DNA from: Tubulanus polymorphus
Taxonomy: Eukaryota > Animalia > Nemertea
Length of the DNA: 64,000 bases
NCBI RefSeq assembly: GCF_964204645.1
Contig: NC_134027.1
Span: 24,576,560 to 24,640,559, forward strand
Reading direction: 5' to 3'
A model generated the notes under the pieces. The model searched no databases. It saw only the letters and a list, made by a program, of their open reading frames with translations, and had not been told where the DNA came from. A program made the position numbers and the translations under genes. Shown here in pieces: positions 63,442 through 64,000 of this stretch (position 1 is its first letter; the number at the start of each line of letters is the position of its first letter).

Positions 63442-64000
63442 CTGAAACAAGAAAAAAACAGAACAAGAAAAGTGAAAATGTATTGACGCCTTGGTAAATA
63501 ACACATATACTGATTAATATTGTCGACAATACATAATACATGTACATGTATGTTTAATCTTATTTTTATTTCAATATACAATATGGATAATTGAATTGAA
63601 TTGACCGGCAACCAGTCAAGCCCCGATATATTGATGACGTAGTTCACATCTTCTCACAAACAATTATTAAAATCTATCTAAAATAAAATAATAAGTCACG
63701 AGATGTATTCAATCATGAAATAAACGCCAAATTTCGCAATTCTGTCATTTTGAAACACCAATATTGATGACGTAGCGCTCACATAGAACCCTTTATATAT
63801 AACGCATATAATACTAGGTATCAATGTACATACAAAATTTTGTAACGGTTTCTAAAAAAACTAGAAACTCTAAACTACATGTAATAGAGTATCGAATTTA
63901 CATAAGATAACGACCCAAGTTTTCCGCCAAATGGTGCCAAACGACCATGTTAAAATTCGATTTTTTCTAAACTTTTCTTAGCATGTCATTGTTCGAAAGG

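Overview
Eukaryotic genomic DNA from an invertebrate animal (AT-rich, CpG not depleted, GT-AG introns; a spiralian origin is plausible but is inference). No prokaryotic features, CRISPR or rRNA are visible. Most of the window (~7.8/17.9-49 kb, + strand) is one multi-exon gene that I reconstructed by hand from splice sites and reading phase. It encodes a NETO/SOL-2-type glutamate-receptor auxiliary subunit (signal peptide-CUB-CUB-LDLa-TM-long cytoplasmic tail ending in a PDZ ligand, roughly 670-690 aa). Downstream are two tandem CD225/dispanin genes (one minimal, one PRRT1-like and proline-rich), an intronless class A GPCR on the minus strand, and the probable last exon of an unidentified minus-strand gene. 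Introns hold many non-autonomous DNA transposons/MITEs, tRNA-derived SINEs, Penelope-like hammerhead remnants, LINE fragments and a 39-bp minisatellite. Most ORFs in the supplied track look spurious. Best leads: a 75-codon ORF with a BH3-like motif in or upstream of the NETO first intron, NETO lying next to dispanins, NETO micro-exons, a foldback built around a hammerhead core, and an inverted repeat pair in the NETO 3' UTR region. Coordinates were counted by eye and repeat boundaries are approximate.
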